Origin: Adineta vaga
Lineage: Eukaryota; Animalia; Rotifera
NCBI GenBank assembly: GCA_021613535.1
Contig: CP075492.1
Span: 18,538,001 to 18,602,000, forward strand
Direction: 5' to 3'
Length of the DNA: 64,000 nt
Made by a program: the position numbers and the translations under genes. Positions within the stretch are counted from its first letter, which is position 1, and every line of letters begins with the position of its first letter. The notes under the pieces are model-generated. The model saw only the letters and a list, made by a program, of their open reading frames with translations. It ran no database searches and was not told the origin of the DNA. This document shows, piece by piece, positions 63,384 to 64,000 of this stretch.

Positions 63384-63458
63384 AGGTGTGGGTAAGGGTG
63401 TGAGTGTGGGTGTGGGTGTCTTTTTCATATTTATATCCACCCACACCCACACCCTCAA
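63384..63458. repeat. Telomeric-repeat hairpin element
   Basis: AGGTGTGGGTAAGGGTGTGAGTGTGGGTGTGGGT-gtctttttcatatttatat-CCACCCACACCCACACCCTCAA. Confidence 0.88.
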
Positions 63459-64000
63459 GTGTAATTCATCATTTGTTCCCACTATTCGATAAATTGAAAT
63501 GAGAAAGGAAAGAAGTGGATGGTATTAGTGTAGACTCTGAAGATTTTTTCAAATGATGTCAGATGAATAGCTGACTGTTATGCTAATTTTTTTTGTTTTG
63601 AAGCTCTCTTTCTATACGTTGTACACCGTCGATGTGGCCTCAGTTTTGTACAGAACAACAGAAAGAAGCACATTTGTTACGATGTTTTTGTTTGAGTCGC
63701 ACGTTGAAGATGCATTCAGTGTTCTGCCATATTGCACACAACATCATACGAATCATTCGGGTAGAAGGAGAAGCTGAAGTGTCTCCAGTACACATACTGC
63801 GCGAACAGAAAGCAATTCTACAATTCGTTCCAACATTTTTAATAACAGCGAACCGAATAAGGGACGTCGATGAGCGACTGGGAGCTGTGAATAATGATTT
63901 ATCATATAAAATCTCAAAAGAACGCTGAAGTTTTTACAGTTTGTCTCAAGTATTCCTTATTGTCAATGTGACACATCATTTCATGAGACTGCACACCGAA

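Noticed and set aside
3081-63458. CRISPR array or bacterial REP interpretation of the hairpins
   Set aside because: Copies are dispersed, not tandem repeat-spacer units; no cas genes; the context is eukaryotic with spliceosomal introns.
2934-63482. Short ORFs with HPHP, VWVW or TPTP runs (2934, 16554, 39591, 41359, 55926, 63264)
   Set aside because: These are translations of the telomeric hairpin elements, not genes.
63580-63928. Two short ORFs at the window end
   Set aside because: No recognisable domain or splice structure.
1-64000. tRNA or rRNA genes
   Set aside because: None recognised by eye; a covariance-model scan was not possible.

Overview
AT-rich eukaryotic DNA with short GT-AG introns, most consistent with a bdelloid rotifer (inferred from Athena-like RT, TGTGGG/TGAGGG repeats, single-exon GPCRs, kelch, ankyrin-ART and bacterial-type genes). 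Host genes: UGT, MFS transporter, 2-TM Cys-rich membrane protein, GPCR, Cys-rich+kelch protein, VOC/glyoxalase, SLC43-like transporter, divergent adenosylhomocysteinase, cupin, MRH-domain protein, a spliced CSab defensin-like peptide missed by the ORF track, CCCH-DEAH helicase, EF-hand protein, ankyrin-ART and a TMEM272-like protein. Between them lie many DNA-transposon relics (hAT, MULE, P-like, CMC, Tc1, Helitron). The most striking signal is about 18 short elements of the form TTGAGGG(TGTGGG)n-spacer-(CCCACA)nCCCTCAA, i.e. telomeric repeats in end-to-end-fusion orientation. Several sit exactly where a transposase or gene is cut off (internal deletion of a MULE, a P-like transposase, an RPLP0 fragment, a membrane-protein pseudogene). 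Two single G-arms lie next to hammerhead ribozymes. One hypothesis is that these are scars of a break / telomere-addition / rejoining process; the main alternative is a deletion-prone MITE family. All calls are by eye; no database searches were run.
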